A stretch of 64,000 bases of DNA from the NCBI GenBank assembly GCA_040222275.1, contig JAVKDJ010000013.1:176504-240503 (forward strand), given 5' to 3'. Below, one piece after another: positions 51,681 through 60,996 of this stretch. A program made the position numbers and the translations under genes. How positions within the stretch are numbered: the stretch's first letter is position 1; each line of letters opens with the position of its first letter. The notes below the pieces were generated by a model. That model was given only the letters and a program-made list of their open reading frames with translations, was not told where the DNA came from and made no database searches. The stretch comes from Cyclobacteriaceae bacterium (lineage in GTDB: Bacteria; Bacteroidota; Bacteroidia; Cytophagales; Cyclobacteriaceae).

Positions 51681-52541
51681 TCACAGATCTACTTCCAGGG
51701 GCTTGTTGGACCGGATGCTTACTACAGGCACTTTGGAGTGCGAAATAATGCGCTTTGCTTTTGGCGACACCCACAAATCTGACCACCGAAAACCCGGCCT
51801 GCTCATAATTACTACCAGGTCTATATCAGCCTGCTCGGTGTAGGCGGAAATGGCGGCAGGTAGCGTGCCCGGGTACAGTCCATTCGATACCACCTCAATG
51901 TTGCGATGGTTGAGGTCATTTCTCAGCTCGTTGAGTTGCTGCTGTAGCTGGTCATGGTCTTCCTTGTGCTCAGAGGCAGATACCAGGTGCACCCTGGCAC
52001 CAAACTGTTCGGCAAGGGAAGTGGCGAAAGGCACTTTGTACATGCTACCTTCACTCAAATCCAGTGGCACCAGTATGTTTTTCATTTTCGGCTGGGTAGG
52101 TATTTGTGTAAAAGTGAAAACCGGGCAAGGTGATTCCAAAACTACCTTGTAGGCATTGGTGCTCCTCAGGTGGAGCTCCCAATCATCCATATCCGGTAGT
52201 CCGTGGCTCCTCATTACTATAAAGTCGATATCGTTTTCAGCTACAAATTCTACAATATGATCATAAATAGGCTTTTCCAACCCACGAATCTGAAGGTCAA
52301 TTTTTTTGATGTCAGGGTATGTTTTTTGGATGTCGAGCAGTTTGGGGCGTAGTTGCTGCTCCACCATATCCGCAAGTTCTTTGCGAAACTCGTCTTTGGA
52401 ATGATAATCTTTGGGATTGGCCAGATGGAGGGCCGTGATTTTAGCACCAATGCCAGAAGCAAACATGGCGGCATATTCCAGCGCACCGATGGACTTCATG
52501 TTGTCATCAAAGGGAACCAATATTTTCTTAAAAGTTGACAT
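51681..52541 (-). CDS. Tandem universal stress protein
   Basis: Two USP domains: KKILVPFD and KNILVPLD; SPCPV and SKVPV ends. Confidence 0.88.
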   Translation of the reverse strand: MSTFKKILVPFDDNMKSIGALEYAAMFASGIGAKITALHLANPKDYHSKDEFRKELADMVEQQLRPKLLDIQKTYPDIKKIDLQIRGLEKPIYDHIVEFVAENDIDFIVMRSHGLPDMDDWELHLRSTNAYKVVLESPCPVFTFTQIPTQPKMKNILVPLDLSEGSMYKVPFATSLAEQFGARVHLVSASEHKEDHDQLQQQLNELRNDLNHRNIEVVSNGLYPGTLPAAISAYTEQADIDLVVIMSRPGFRWSDLWVSPKAKRIISHSKVPVVSIRSNKPLEVDL

Positions 52542-52740
52542 CTATGCTACGTTTTCATTTTCTTGTAAAACCAATCCGACCATGTTCGCGATTAAATACT
52601 GAATGTTTCCAACCGGCTTTGTAAAATAAATAAATTTTAGTTCGGAAACATGGCACTTTTAGCGTTCGTCACAAACCCCGCCCGATAAAGATACGAATTG
52701 ACCCGGCAACCCAAAGGCAGTGCTTGATTTTTATAGGTTC

Positions 52741-52766
52741 TGACGGGTTAATCTCATTTGGTCACT
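52741..52766 (-). promoter_or_regulatory. ECF-type promoter motif upstream of usp
   Basis: Minus strand AGTGACC-N15-GTCA, same spacing as 55959 and 62210. Confidence 0.5.
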
Positions 52767-53104
52767 TTTTTTAAGTGATTTCGGGGTAATATCATTTTAA
52801 AAAAAACAATAAAAACCGTTCCCGGCCTTCGCTGGGACAAGCTATTCAGGGGCTTTGTCCAGGGATGTGTCAGGCCAAAGCCGTAGGAATCTCCTCCTTG
52901 CGGGCTCCTACGCCCTTTTCTCACACCCATCCTTATAAAAAGGACTCTGAGTGATGATATAGTGGGTTTTTATCGTTTTTTAAGCCGAATTCAGCTTTAA
53001 ACCGATTTCATTCAGAAAGCCAAACACCTTCACCGGTACCATCTTGCATGATCTTGTAAGTTTTCGATTAAATTAGCAACTCTACTACACCAAGTTGCAT
53101 AGCA

Positions 53105-54100
53105 GTGAATAACCACAAGAGTTTTGCCGGGTCTAAAAACTTTCTCCTTGCCATCATAGAAGGGGCACCTTATGGTATTATTGCCATCGACCCACAGGGC
53201 ATCATCACCATAGCCAATGCCCAGGCACTGTTGCACCTTGACTTGGGTGTAGCCGTACAGGATGTATTGCACACAAATATCCTGGATGTGCTGGGTGATA
53301 TGGATGAACTAACGAAACAAATCCATAAAAGCCTTGCCCGGGGGCGCACTGGTTTTGACCTGGAGGAATTTTACAGAAAGGGCAAGTACCTTGCATTGCG
53401 GGGCAGAAAGATGGAAGAAGGAATGATCATTACCATAGCCGATATTTCATCCATCAAAGAATCGGAACACATGGCCATGAATGCCTTGCTGGAAGGGCAG
53501 GAGCAGGAGCGCAAGAGGCTCGCACGCGAAATCCATGATGGCATTGGCCCTATACTTTCCACAGTTAAAATGAACCTTTCGGGCATTGAGGACGAAATAG
53601 AAACGCTCAACCACAGCCTTGGTGAAAAATTCCGCAAATCCTACAGCATGATAGATGAAGCGGCCAATGACCTGAGGTCCATTTCCCACAACCTCATGCC
53701 CAAATTGTTGTCGGATTTTGGGTTGGTAGAGGCCCTGGAGACCCATTGCGAAAAAATCAATGACACCAGGGGCATAGCAGTGGATTTTATCCATTCCGGT
53801 AAAGTGGGGCGCCTGGATATGGTAACGGAGCTGGCCCTGTACAGGATCAGTCAGGAACTCATCAACAATACCCTGAAGTATGCCATGGCCAAAAAAATCA
53901 CATTGCAACTGATCAAACGTGACGCCAATATCCAACTCATGTATGAAGATGATGGCCAGGGGTTCAACCACAAGAAGGTGCACAAAGGGCTGGGGTTGAT
54001 GAACATTGAAAACCGCACCAAGGCACTGGCCGGAGAAGTAGTGATCGACTCACAACCGGGCAAGGGCATGACAGCTACTATAGAAATACCATTGAATTGA
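53105..54100 (+). CDS. Soluble PAS sensor kinase (HisKA_3)
   Basis: N-terminal PAS, ERKRLAREIHD, YEDDGQG, GLGL; no TM segment. Confidence 0.9.
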   Translation: MNNHKSFAGSKNFLLAIIEGAPYGIIAIDPQGIITIANAQALLHLDLGVAVQDVLHTNILDVLGDMDELTKQIHKSLARGRTGFDLEEFYRKGKYLALRGRKMEEGMIITIADISSIKESEHMAMNALLEGQEQERKRLAREIHDGIGPILSTVKMNLSGIEDEIETLNHSLGEKFRKSYSMIDEAANDLRSISHNLMPKLLSDFGLVEALETHCEKINDTRGIAVDFIHSGKVGRLDMVTELALYRISQELINNTLKYAMAKKITLQLIKRDANIQLMYEDDGQGFNHKKVHKGLGLMNIENRTKALAGEVVIDSQPGKGMTATIEIPLN

Positions 54101-54759
54101 AACGCATGAAGCAGATAAAAATACTCATAGCAGACGACCATAAGATATTCAGGGAGGGCCTGGCCGAACTTTTGGGCAAAGAAAAGCACCTGAAGGTAGT
54201 AGCAGGTGTAGGCAGTGGGGCTGAGGTACACCAAGTAATGCAAGAGCAGGAAGTGGACCTCATACTTATGGACATTGATATGGGCGAAACCAATGGGATT
54301 GAGATTACTGCAGAAATAAAAAAAATATACCCCGAGGTGAAGGTACTCACCCTGTCCATGCATGGCGAGAAGAACTACATTTTGAAAATGCTGGAGGCAG
54401 GTGCCAATGGTTATATCCTGAAGAATGCCGGTAAGGAGGAGATGGTCAATGCCATACAGACAGCAGCCGAAGGCAACACCTATTTCAGCAGCCAGGTGTC
54501 TGCAAAGCTCCTTGAGCACCTTTCCAACCCCGGAGGGGCCAGTAAGAAAAAACAGGAGGACACACCACTGACCGACAGGGAAATCGAAGTACTCATTTTG
54601 ATCTCAGAAGAATACTCCAACCCGGAGATAGCTGAAAAGTTGTTCATCAGTGTGAGGACAGTAGATACCCACCGACGAAACCTCCTGGACAAACTGGGAG
54701 TGAAAAACACGGCGGGCCTGGTAAAGTATGCCATTCAAAAAGGGTTGCTAGATAATTAA
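54097..54759 (+). CDS. NarL/LuxR response regulator
   Basis: ADDH, LMDIDM, LTDREIEV, TVDTHRRNLLDKL. Confidence 0.93.
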   Translation: MKRMKQIKILIADDHKIFREGLAELLGKEKHLKVVAGVGSGAEVHQVMQEQEVDLILMDIDMGETNGIEITAEIKKIYPEVKVLTLSMHGEKNYILKMLEAGANGYILKNAGKEEMVNAIQTAAEGNTYFSSQVSAKLLEHLSNPGGASKKKQEDTPLTDREIEVLILISEEYSNPEIAEKLFISVRTVDTHRRNLLDKLGVKNTAGLVKYAIQKGLLDN

Positions 54760-54863
54760 AGCCAAGCCTTCACTTCGAAATCCAAGTCCGATCTAACATT
54801 TGACCAAAAACCCGTTTCCACTACAGTTGACGTCATTCAAGAAAAAACTGACTACAACCGGTA

Positions 54864-55070
54864 CGCTGGTGCGAGCCCAATGTCGTTAAGTTAAGTTGAA
54901 CCGTCATCGCGAGGAATCGAAGCGATCTCATCAAAATGGACAGATAACATTAAACAGAAAGACTGCCGCGCTGCGCTCGCAGAGACGAAAAACTTAACTT
55001 AACGACATTGGGTGCGAGCCTTTGGCTCGTATCTGGGTTAATGGATACGAGCCAAAGGCTCGCACCAGCG
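54864..55070. repeat. REP-like perfect hairpin (27-bp arms), left arm interrupted by a MITE
   Basis: Removing the insert restores cgctggtgcgagcctttggctcgtatc-N10-gatacgagccaaaggctcgcaccagcg. Confidence 0.85.
54878..55010. mobile_element. 133-bp MITE with 20-bp TIRs and 10-bp target-site duplication
   Basis: caatgtcgttaagttaagtt (54878-54897) / aacttaacttaacgacattg (54991-55010); ggtgcgagcc at 54868-54877 and 55011-55020. Confidence 0.9.
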
Positions 55071-55211
55071 ATATTGTCATCTCAATTTGTTCATTTTACA
55101 ACACCAAAATGTAAGGTCTCAGAATAACGAATTTTTGTTGGATTTTAAGGTCACAACCCCGGACCGAAAGTTTCAATAAAGATGCCTGGCCTACGCAATT
55201 TACCTATGCCC

Positions 55212-55281
55212 TAAGTGATTTTTATCCCCTATCCGCTATAAGGCCGCTTTTTCAATTTACGCCTTTACGCTCTTATATTTG
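55212..55281 (+). promoter_or_regulatory. ECF sigma gene promoter with candidate NarL-type site
   Basis: TAAGTGA-N6-TCCCCTA imperfect inverted repeat at 55212-55231; -7 box TATATTTG at 55274-55281. Confidence 0.45.
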
Positions 55282-55332
55282 GCAGGTATTCCACCCAATT
55301 TAGCATCGTCAAAATTTATCTTTTACTTACTG

Positions 55333-55908
55333 ATGAAGCCAAAAAAGCAAAACCAAACAACGGACGAACAACTGATCAAACAATTTCAACAAGGCGACCA
55401 ATTGGCCATGGGGGAGCTGTATTCACGCTACTATATGCTGGTGTTTGCCAAAAGTTTGTCTTTTGTAAAAAACACGGATGATGCCGCCGACCTGGCCCAG
55501 GACATTATGTTGCGGGTGATGGAAAAGGCAGGGACATTTAAGCAGGAATCAAAGTTTTCTACCTGGTTGTATGCCATTACTTTCAACTATTGCACCGATA
55601 GGGTAAGAAAAAACAAAAACAGGTATTATGAGTATATGGACGTCCTCGATTCCCATATCGATCACAGCACCGAAGATCAGGATTTGGTTTTTGAAAATGA
55701 AACCAAAGAAAAAGTGGCGGAGGAAGCCCTGATGGCTATATCGCGCGAAGACCATGAATTGTTGCTGATGAAATACCAACTCAACAAATCGATCCATGAA
55801 CTACAGTCCATCTACAACCTTTCTGCCAGTGCTGTGAAAATGCGCCTGATGAGGGCCCGGGAGAAGGCTGCCACCATTTACAACGCATATTCACTGGGAG
55901 CAGCCTGA
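55333..55908 (+). CDS. ECF sigma factor
   Basis: DAADLAQD, FSTWLYAIT region 2; SAVKMRLMRAR region 4. Confidence 0.92.
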   Translation: MKPKKQNQTTDEQLIKQFQQGDQLAMGELYSRYYMLVFAKSLSFVKNTDDAADLAQDIMLRVMEKAGTFKQESKFSTWLYAITFNYCTDRVRKNKNRYYEYMDVLDSHIDHSTEDQDLVFENETKEKVAEEALMAISREDHELLLMKYQLNKSIHELQSIYNLSASAVKMRLMRAREKAATIYNAYSLGAA

Positions 55909-55958
55909 TATACGAACATACCGCATACCGCAGCTTCACTGGATATTTCATTTAGTCA

Positions 55959-55984
55959 TGTGACCGGTTGAATTATTTACGTCT
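55959..55984 (+). promoter_or_regulatory. ECF-type promoter motif
   Basis: TGTGACC-N15-GTCT, 29 nt before the ATG at 56013. Confidence 0.6.
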
Positions 55985-56012
55985 AAATGTTTAAATTTAA
56001 AACTAACAAAAA

Positions 56013-56495
56013 ATGAAAAGTATTTTTTCTATCCTAATGTTACTCGGAGTAGTGGCATACGGAGCAAATGAGGGAGCACCGAAAGTAGTTTCAAAAGCAT
56101 TTTCAACCAAGTACAAAGGAGCAGAAAATGTCTATTGGGTAGTTGAACAGGGCAATCATCAGGTATCATTTGAGCATGAAAATTTCACAAAAGAGGCGAC
56201 CTTTAAAAAGGACGGAACATGGGTGATGACAGTGACCACATTGGACACGGAAGATTTGATGACCTGTATCAATGATGTGCTCAACGATGACTATTTTGGC
56301 CCTGTAGTATTGGATGCAGAATTTGTGGAAAAACCGGATTCGGAGAAATACTACATTACCATAGAAGATGCCGAAGAATTTGTAGAAGATGAAGAGGGTG
56401 ACGAAGAAGGTGTCGAGGAAGAAATCTCATACATCCGACTGGTATTCGCCTCAGACTGTGAATTCCTTGGTGAAGAGCAACTTGCAGATAATTAA
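56013..56495 (+). CDS. Secreted, highly acidic PepSY-like (BLIP-like) protein
   Basis: Signal peptide, APKVVSKAFSTKY..W, EATFKKDGTWV; E/D-rich tail. Confidence 0.7.
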   Translation: MKSIFSILMLLGVVAYGANEGAPKVVSKAFSTKYKGAENVYWVVEQGNHQVSFEHENFTKEATFKKDGTWVMTVTTLDTEDLMTCINDVLNDDYFGPVVLDAEFVEKPDSEKYYITIEDAEEFVEDEEGDEEGVEEEISYIRLVFASDCEFLGEEQLADN

Positions 56496-56512
56496 GTGAG
56501 CCGTAAGGTATA

Positions 56513-57589
56513 ATGGACGAAAAAAAAGAGGACAAACCACAAAAAAACCAGGTAAGTCAAAATGCCATCTCACAGGAGTCTAAAAAACTCAGTGAGATGG
56601 TAAAAGACCAGAAACTCTCCCTGCTGGATAGGATTGAGTGCTACGAAGACATCATCAATATTGAAGTAGGGGATACCGCTTTATTGCGCGCCAGAAACAT
56701 AGAGCGCGAAGCAGGGGTGAGGCAACTCTTTATGAAATTCGAAGGGGGCAACCCCACCGGCACCCAAAAGGACCGCATAGCTTTCGCCCAATGCCATGAT
56801 GCCCTCCGGCGCGGATACGATACCATTACTGTAGCCACCTGTGGCAACTATGGTGCATCTGTGGCGCTGGCTGCCAGTCTGGCGGGTTTGCGTTGTATTA
56901 TTTTTATTCCGGAAAACTACCACACTCTTCGTGTGGTGGAAATGGAAAATGTAGGTAGCGAAGTACACCGGGTCAAGGGTTTGTATGAGGACAGTGTAAA
57001 CCATTCCAGTGAACAGGCCAGTATCAACCGGTGGTATGATGCCAACCCCGGAGCGGTCAATACCCCCTTGCAAATCATAGCCTATGCAGAAATTGCCAAT
57101 GAAATTTATGACCAACTAAGGGACGCCCCCAAGGTGGTGTCAGTGCCCGTTTCCAACGGTACTTTATTGGCTGGGGTCTATCGTGGGTTTGTAAGCCTGT
57201 ACAAAAGGGGCAAGACCTCAAGGGTGCCGCTTATGGTTGCTTCTTCTTCCACGAGGAAAAACCCTATCATCTATTCGTTCAAGAAAGGCCTGGACTACTG
57301 TGCCGACCTGGTACCGGAGAAAATAAAGGAAACTGCTGTGAACGAACCCCTGATCAACTGGCACAGCTTCGATGGCGAAGAGGCACTTTATGCCATAAGG
57401 GAATCCAAAGGTGGGGCATACAACATCAGCGATGAAAAAATGCTAAAGACATCAAAATTATTAAAGGAAAAAGAAGGACTACATGTGCTGCCAGCATCGG
57501 TGGCCGGGTTGGTGGCCCTGTTGGAAATGGACAAGGAGAAAGACCTGGAGCCAGACCGATATGTAGCGATTTTAACAAGCAGAAAATGA
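56513..57589 (+). CDS. Fold-type II PLP enzyme (threonine synthase-like)
   Basis: KFEGGNPTGTQKDR PLP lysine, TCGNYG, VPVSNG. Confidence 0.88.
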   Translation: MDEKKEDKPQKNQVSQNAISQESKKLSEMVKDQKLSLLDRIECYEDIINIEVGDTALLRARNIEREAGVRQLFMKFEGGNPTGTQKDRIAFAQCHDALRRGYDTITVATCGNYGASVALAASLAGLRCIIFIPENYHTLRVVEMENVGSEVHRVKGLYEDSVNHSSEQASINRWYDANPGAVNTPLQIIAYAEIANEIYDQLRDAPKVVSVPVSNGTLLAGVYRGFVSLYKRGKTSRVPLMVASSSTRKNPIIYSFKKGLDYCADLVPEKIKETAVNEPLINWHSFDGEEALYAIRESKGGAYNISDEKMLKTSKLLKEKEGLHVLPASVAGLVALLEMDKEKDLEPDRYVAILTSRK

Positions 57590-58644
57590 AAAAAACAATA
57601 GACGGCAAAGCAATAGTGTATTGCGAAGGTGCATTCAATACCCCCAATGGCAAAACAGCCCATGGGCTGGTAAGGTTTACCGAAAGATATGAGGTGATGG
57701 GGGTAATAGACCCCACCTACGCCGGGCAGGACGCCGGGGAAGTACTGGATGGTAAAAAGAATGGCATACCGGTTTTTTCAAGTTTTGCTGATGCCTGGAA
57801 AAACCTCACCGATATAAGGTGTTTTGTCATTGGCCTTGCACCCGATGGCGGGCGATTGCCTGCCCAGGCCCGTGCTGTTATACAAGAAGCGCTGGAAATG
57901 GGATTGAATGTTGATTCAGGTTTGCACGATTTTTTGTACAAAGATGAAAAGCTTGTGGCTTTGGCCAAAAAAAATGGTTGCAGAATCCGGGACATCAGGC
58001 GCACCCCGGAGCGCGACGAGCTTCATTTCTTTTCCGGGAAAATAGAAAAAGTGGACTGTTTGAAATTGGCCGTATTGGGCACGGATTCAGCTGTGGGCAA
58101 AAGGACTACAGCCTGGATTATTGTACATGGGTTAAGGCAGGGGGGCAGGAAAGCAGAGATGATCGGTACAGGCCAGACAGGCTGGATGCAGGGGGCAAAG
58201 TATTCCATGGTGATGGATTCACTGATCAACGATTTTGTGTCAGGGGAAATCGAACATGCCGTCTATGAAGCCTGGAAAAACGAATCCCCGGATGCCATAG
58301 TCATAGAGGGGCAGGGTAGCCTGATGAACCCAGCCTATCCCGGTGGGTTCGAAATACTGGCTGCCGGAAGGCCCGATTATGTCATTTTGCAGCACGCCCC
58401 CAGAAGGCTGGAATACGATGGCTTTCCGGGATACCCCATTCAGCCACTCAATGAACAAATAGCGGCCATAGAAATGATTTCTGGCAAAAAAGTATTGGCC
58501 ATTACCCTGAACCATGAAGGTATGGAAAAAAATGAGATCGAATGGGAATGTGATAAAATTACAGTGGACACTGGACTCCTGTGCACTGATGTATTACACG
58601 ACGGGCCGGGGAAACTTGTCGGATTGATAAAGAAATACCTGTGA
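57586..58644 (+). CDS. DUF1611 / DgcN-like D-glutamate N-acetyltransferase family
   Basis: GKTAHGL, NVDSGLH, GTDSAVGKRTT, TGQTG, IEGQGSL. Confidence 0.85.
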   Translation: MKKTIDGKAIVYCEGAFNTPNGKTAHGLVRFTERYEVMGVIDPTYAGQDAGEVLDGKKNGIPVFSSFADAWKNLTDIRCFVIGLAPDGGRLPAQARAVIQEALEMGLNVDSGLHDFLYKDEKLVALAKKNGCRIRDIRRTPERDELHFFSGKIEKVDCLKLAVLGTDSAVGKRTTAWIIVHGLRQGGRKAEMIGTGQTGWMQGAKYSMVMDSLINDFVSGEIEHAVYEAWKNESPDAIVIEGQGSLMNPAYPGGFEILAAGRPDYVILQHAPRRLEYDGFPGYPIQPLNEQIAAIEMISGKKVLAITLNHEGMEKNEIEWECDKITVDTGLLCTDVLHDGPGKLVGLIKKYL

Positions 58645-60995
58645 AAGCATCTGTAGATACCAAAGAAGGTATTGGCCTGAGGGAGTTTGTCACCTTCAGG
58701 CAATTGAAGGCAGGGCCGGTGGTACTGGAAGCCAAAAGGGTAAAGGTACCTTATACACTCACCATGCACGATGGAGCCACCGTATCCAATGAACTGATCT
58801 ACACCTATTCGGAAAAAGTATTTGACAAAAACCGGCAGGAAGATGTCAACCTCGCCTCTATGATGGGTGTGCAGGTGGCGATGAACTATGGCCTGTTTTG
58901 TGAGGAAATGGTTTTCGATGGGATTTTTGATGATGCCGATCAGCGTTTTATCCTCGACATGGTGGAGAACACCTCCAGGGAGATTTATGTCAATAAACTA
59001 TTGGTGCCCAATGAGTTTTTAAAACAGGGATATGAAAAAGTAAAGGTTGAAAAATTTAAAAGATATACTGCAGCAAAAATCTTTTTTACCAATACCGATT
59101 TTAAGGCTGAAGAAGATACCTGGAACCTCTCGCCAACAGGCAAGGAAGAATATGTAATATTGAGCAGCGGGGGCAAGGACAGCCTGCTGAGCTATGGTGT
59201 GATAAAAGACCTGGGGCATGGTGCCCACCCGGTTTTTATCAATGAGTCCGGGCGTCACTGGTTTACGGCTATCAATGCCTTCAAACACATGGAAGGGATA
59301 GAACCCAATACATCTCGGGTGTGGTGCAATAGCGACAGGGTTTTCAACTGGATGCTGCGCCAGATGCCGTTCATTCGGGAAAATTTCGCCGATATCCGGG
59401 CAGATATTTATCCCATCAGGCTTTGGACTGTGGCCGTTTTCCTGTTTGGTGTATTGCCTATTGCACGAAAAAGAAAAGTGGGCAACATCCTTATTGGGGA
59501 TGAGTACGATACTACACTCAAACTCAACCATGAGGGCATCACCCACTATGGAGGGCTGTACGACCAGAGCAAGTATTTTGACAATGCCCTTACCCGTTAC
59601 TATATGAAAAAAGGGTGGGGCATCCATCAGTTTTCCATACTAAGGAGCCTCTCCGAATTGCTGATCCTTAAAATCCTGGTAAAAAGGTACCCTGACCTGC
59701 AGGCCCAGCAGGTATCGTGCCATGCAGCCCATGAGAAAAACGGCAGGATATACCCATGTGGCAATTGTGAAAAATGCAGGCGGATTGTAGGGATGCTTTC
59801 AGTTTTGGGTGAAGACCCCCGAAACTGTGGGTATTCCGACGAACAAATAGCCAGGGCTTTCAAGTCGCTGGAAGCCAAAAAAGTGAAACAAATCGGACAG
59901 GATGCGGCACACCTTTTTCACTTGTTGTTGGAAAAAGGCTTGGTGGAAAACAACGAGCACACCCGAAAACTGGCAAAGCCACATGAGCAAATATTGAAAC
60001 TGCGCTTCGATAATGAGCGCAGTATGATGGCGGATTTGCCCACAGGGATCAGAAAGCCACTGTTTGAGCTATTTCTCCATTATAGCAATGGGGCCGTAAA
60101 GCTAAAAGACCGAAAATGGGAAGATGTGGACCCTTTTCAAAATGGCCTGATCAATGCAACCTACCCTTTTGAAATAAAAAGGACAAACCCAAAAACGATG
60201 AATTCTTCAAATGTCAACAACTACCACTGGGAATCGCTCACCTGGAAGGAACTGGAAGAGCGCCTGAAAATTGTGGATACGGCCATCCTGCCTTGTGGGG
60301 CTATAGAGCAGCATGGGCCACACCTGCCTGTGGATATAGATTATTTCGATGCTGTCTATCTGGCCAACAAGGTGGTGGAGGCATGTAGCGACCCCAAGCC
60401 CTTTGTATTGCCACCGATCCCCTATGGTGTGTCTTATCATCATGAGGAATTTAAAGGTACCCTGAGTGTGACCAACGATGCACTCTCAAGGTTTGTTTAT
60501 GACATTGGCATGGGGCTGGCAAAAAACGGTATCAAAAAATTGATCATACTCAATGGCCATGGTGACAATGCACCGACACTGAGTTATGCAGCACAAATGA
60601 TCAATAGGGATGCAGAGATTTTCGTATGTGTCGATACCGGCGAAACCAGTGATATCGACCTCAATGATTTGATCGAAACCCCCAACGACATCCATGCCGG
60701 GGAGATTGAGACCAGTACTACATTGGCCATCAGGCCCGAAGTAGTGCAAATGGACAAGGCGGTAAATGAAACCCTCAATTTCGGCAGCAAATACCTTGAT
60801 TATACTTCCGACAGGGGAGTGGCCTGGTATGTCCGCACCAAAAGGATTTCAGCCAGCGGGGTAATGGGAGACCCTACCAAAGCCACGGAACAAAAAGGCA
60901 AAAAGATGTGGGAGATAATGGTGGCACACCTCGTCAAGTTTGTTGAGGAAGTGAAAAAAAGCAAGCTGGAGGATTTGTATCAAAGAAAATACTAA
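58641..60995 (+). CDS. Fusion: QueC/MurL-like PP-loop ATPase + creatininase-family amidohydrolase
   Basis: SSGGKDS; SC-x12-CGNCEKC; then EQHGPHLP, YGVSYHH, NGHGDN, HAGEIETS. Confidence 0.8.
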   Translation: MKASVDTKEGIGLREFVTFRQLKAGPVVLEAKRVKVPYTLTMHDGATVSNELIYTYSEKVFDKNRQEDVNLASMMGVQVAMNYGLFCEEMVFDGIFDDADQRFILDMVENTSREIYVNKLLVPNEFLKQGYEKVKVEKFKRYTAAKIFFTNTDFKAEEDTWNLSPTGKEEYVILSSGGKDSLLSYGVIKDLGHGAHPVFINESGRHWFTAINAFKHMEGIEPNTSRVWCNSDRVFNWMLRQMPFIRENFADIRADIYPIRLWTVAVFLFGVLPIARKRKVGNILIGDEYDTTLKLNHEGITHYGGLYDQSKYFDNALTRYYMKKGWGIHQFSILRSLSELLILKILVKRYPDLQAQQVSCHAAHEKNGRIYPCGNCEKCRRIVGMLSVLGEDPRNCGYSDEQIARAFKSLEAKKVKQIGQDAAHLFHLLLEKGLVENNEHTRKLAKPHEQILKLRFDNERSMMADLPTGIRKPLFELFLHYSNGAVKLKDRKWEDVDPFQNGLINATYPFEIKRTNPKTMNSSNVNNYHWESLTWKELEERLKIVDTAILPCGAIEQHGPHLPVDIDYFDAVYLANKVVEACSDPKPFVLPPIPYGVSYHHEEFKGTLSVTNDALSRFVYDIGMGLAKNGIKKLIILNGHGDNAPTLSYAAQMINRDAEIFVCVDTGETSDIDLNDLIETPNDIHAGEIETSTTLAIRPEVVQMDKAVNETLNFGSKYLDYTSDRGVAWYVRTKRISASGVMGDPTKATEQKGKKMWEIMVAHLVKFVEEVKKSKLEDLYQRKY

Positions 60996-60996
60996 G

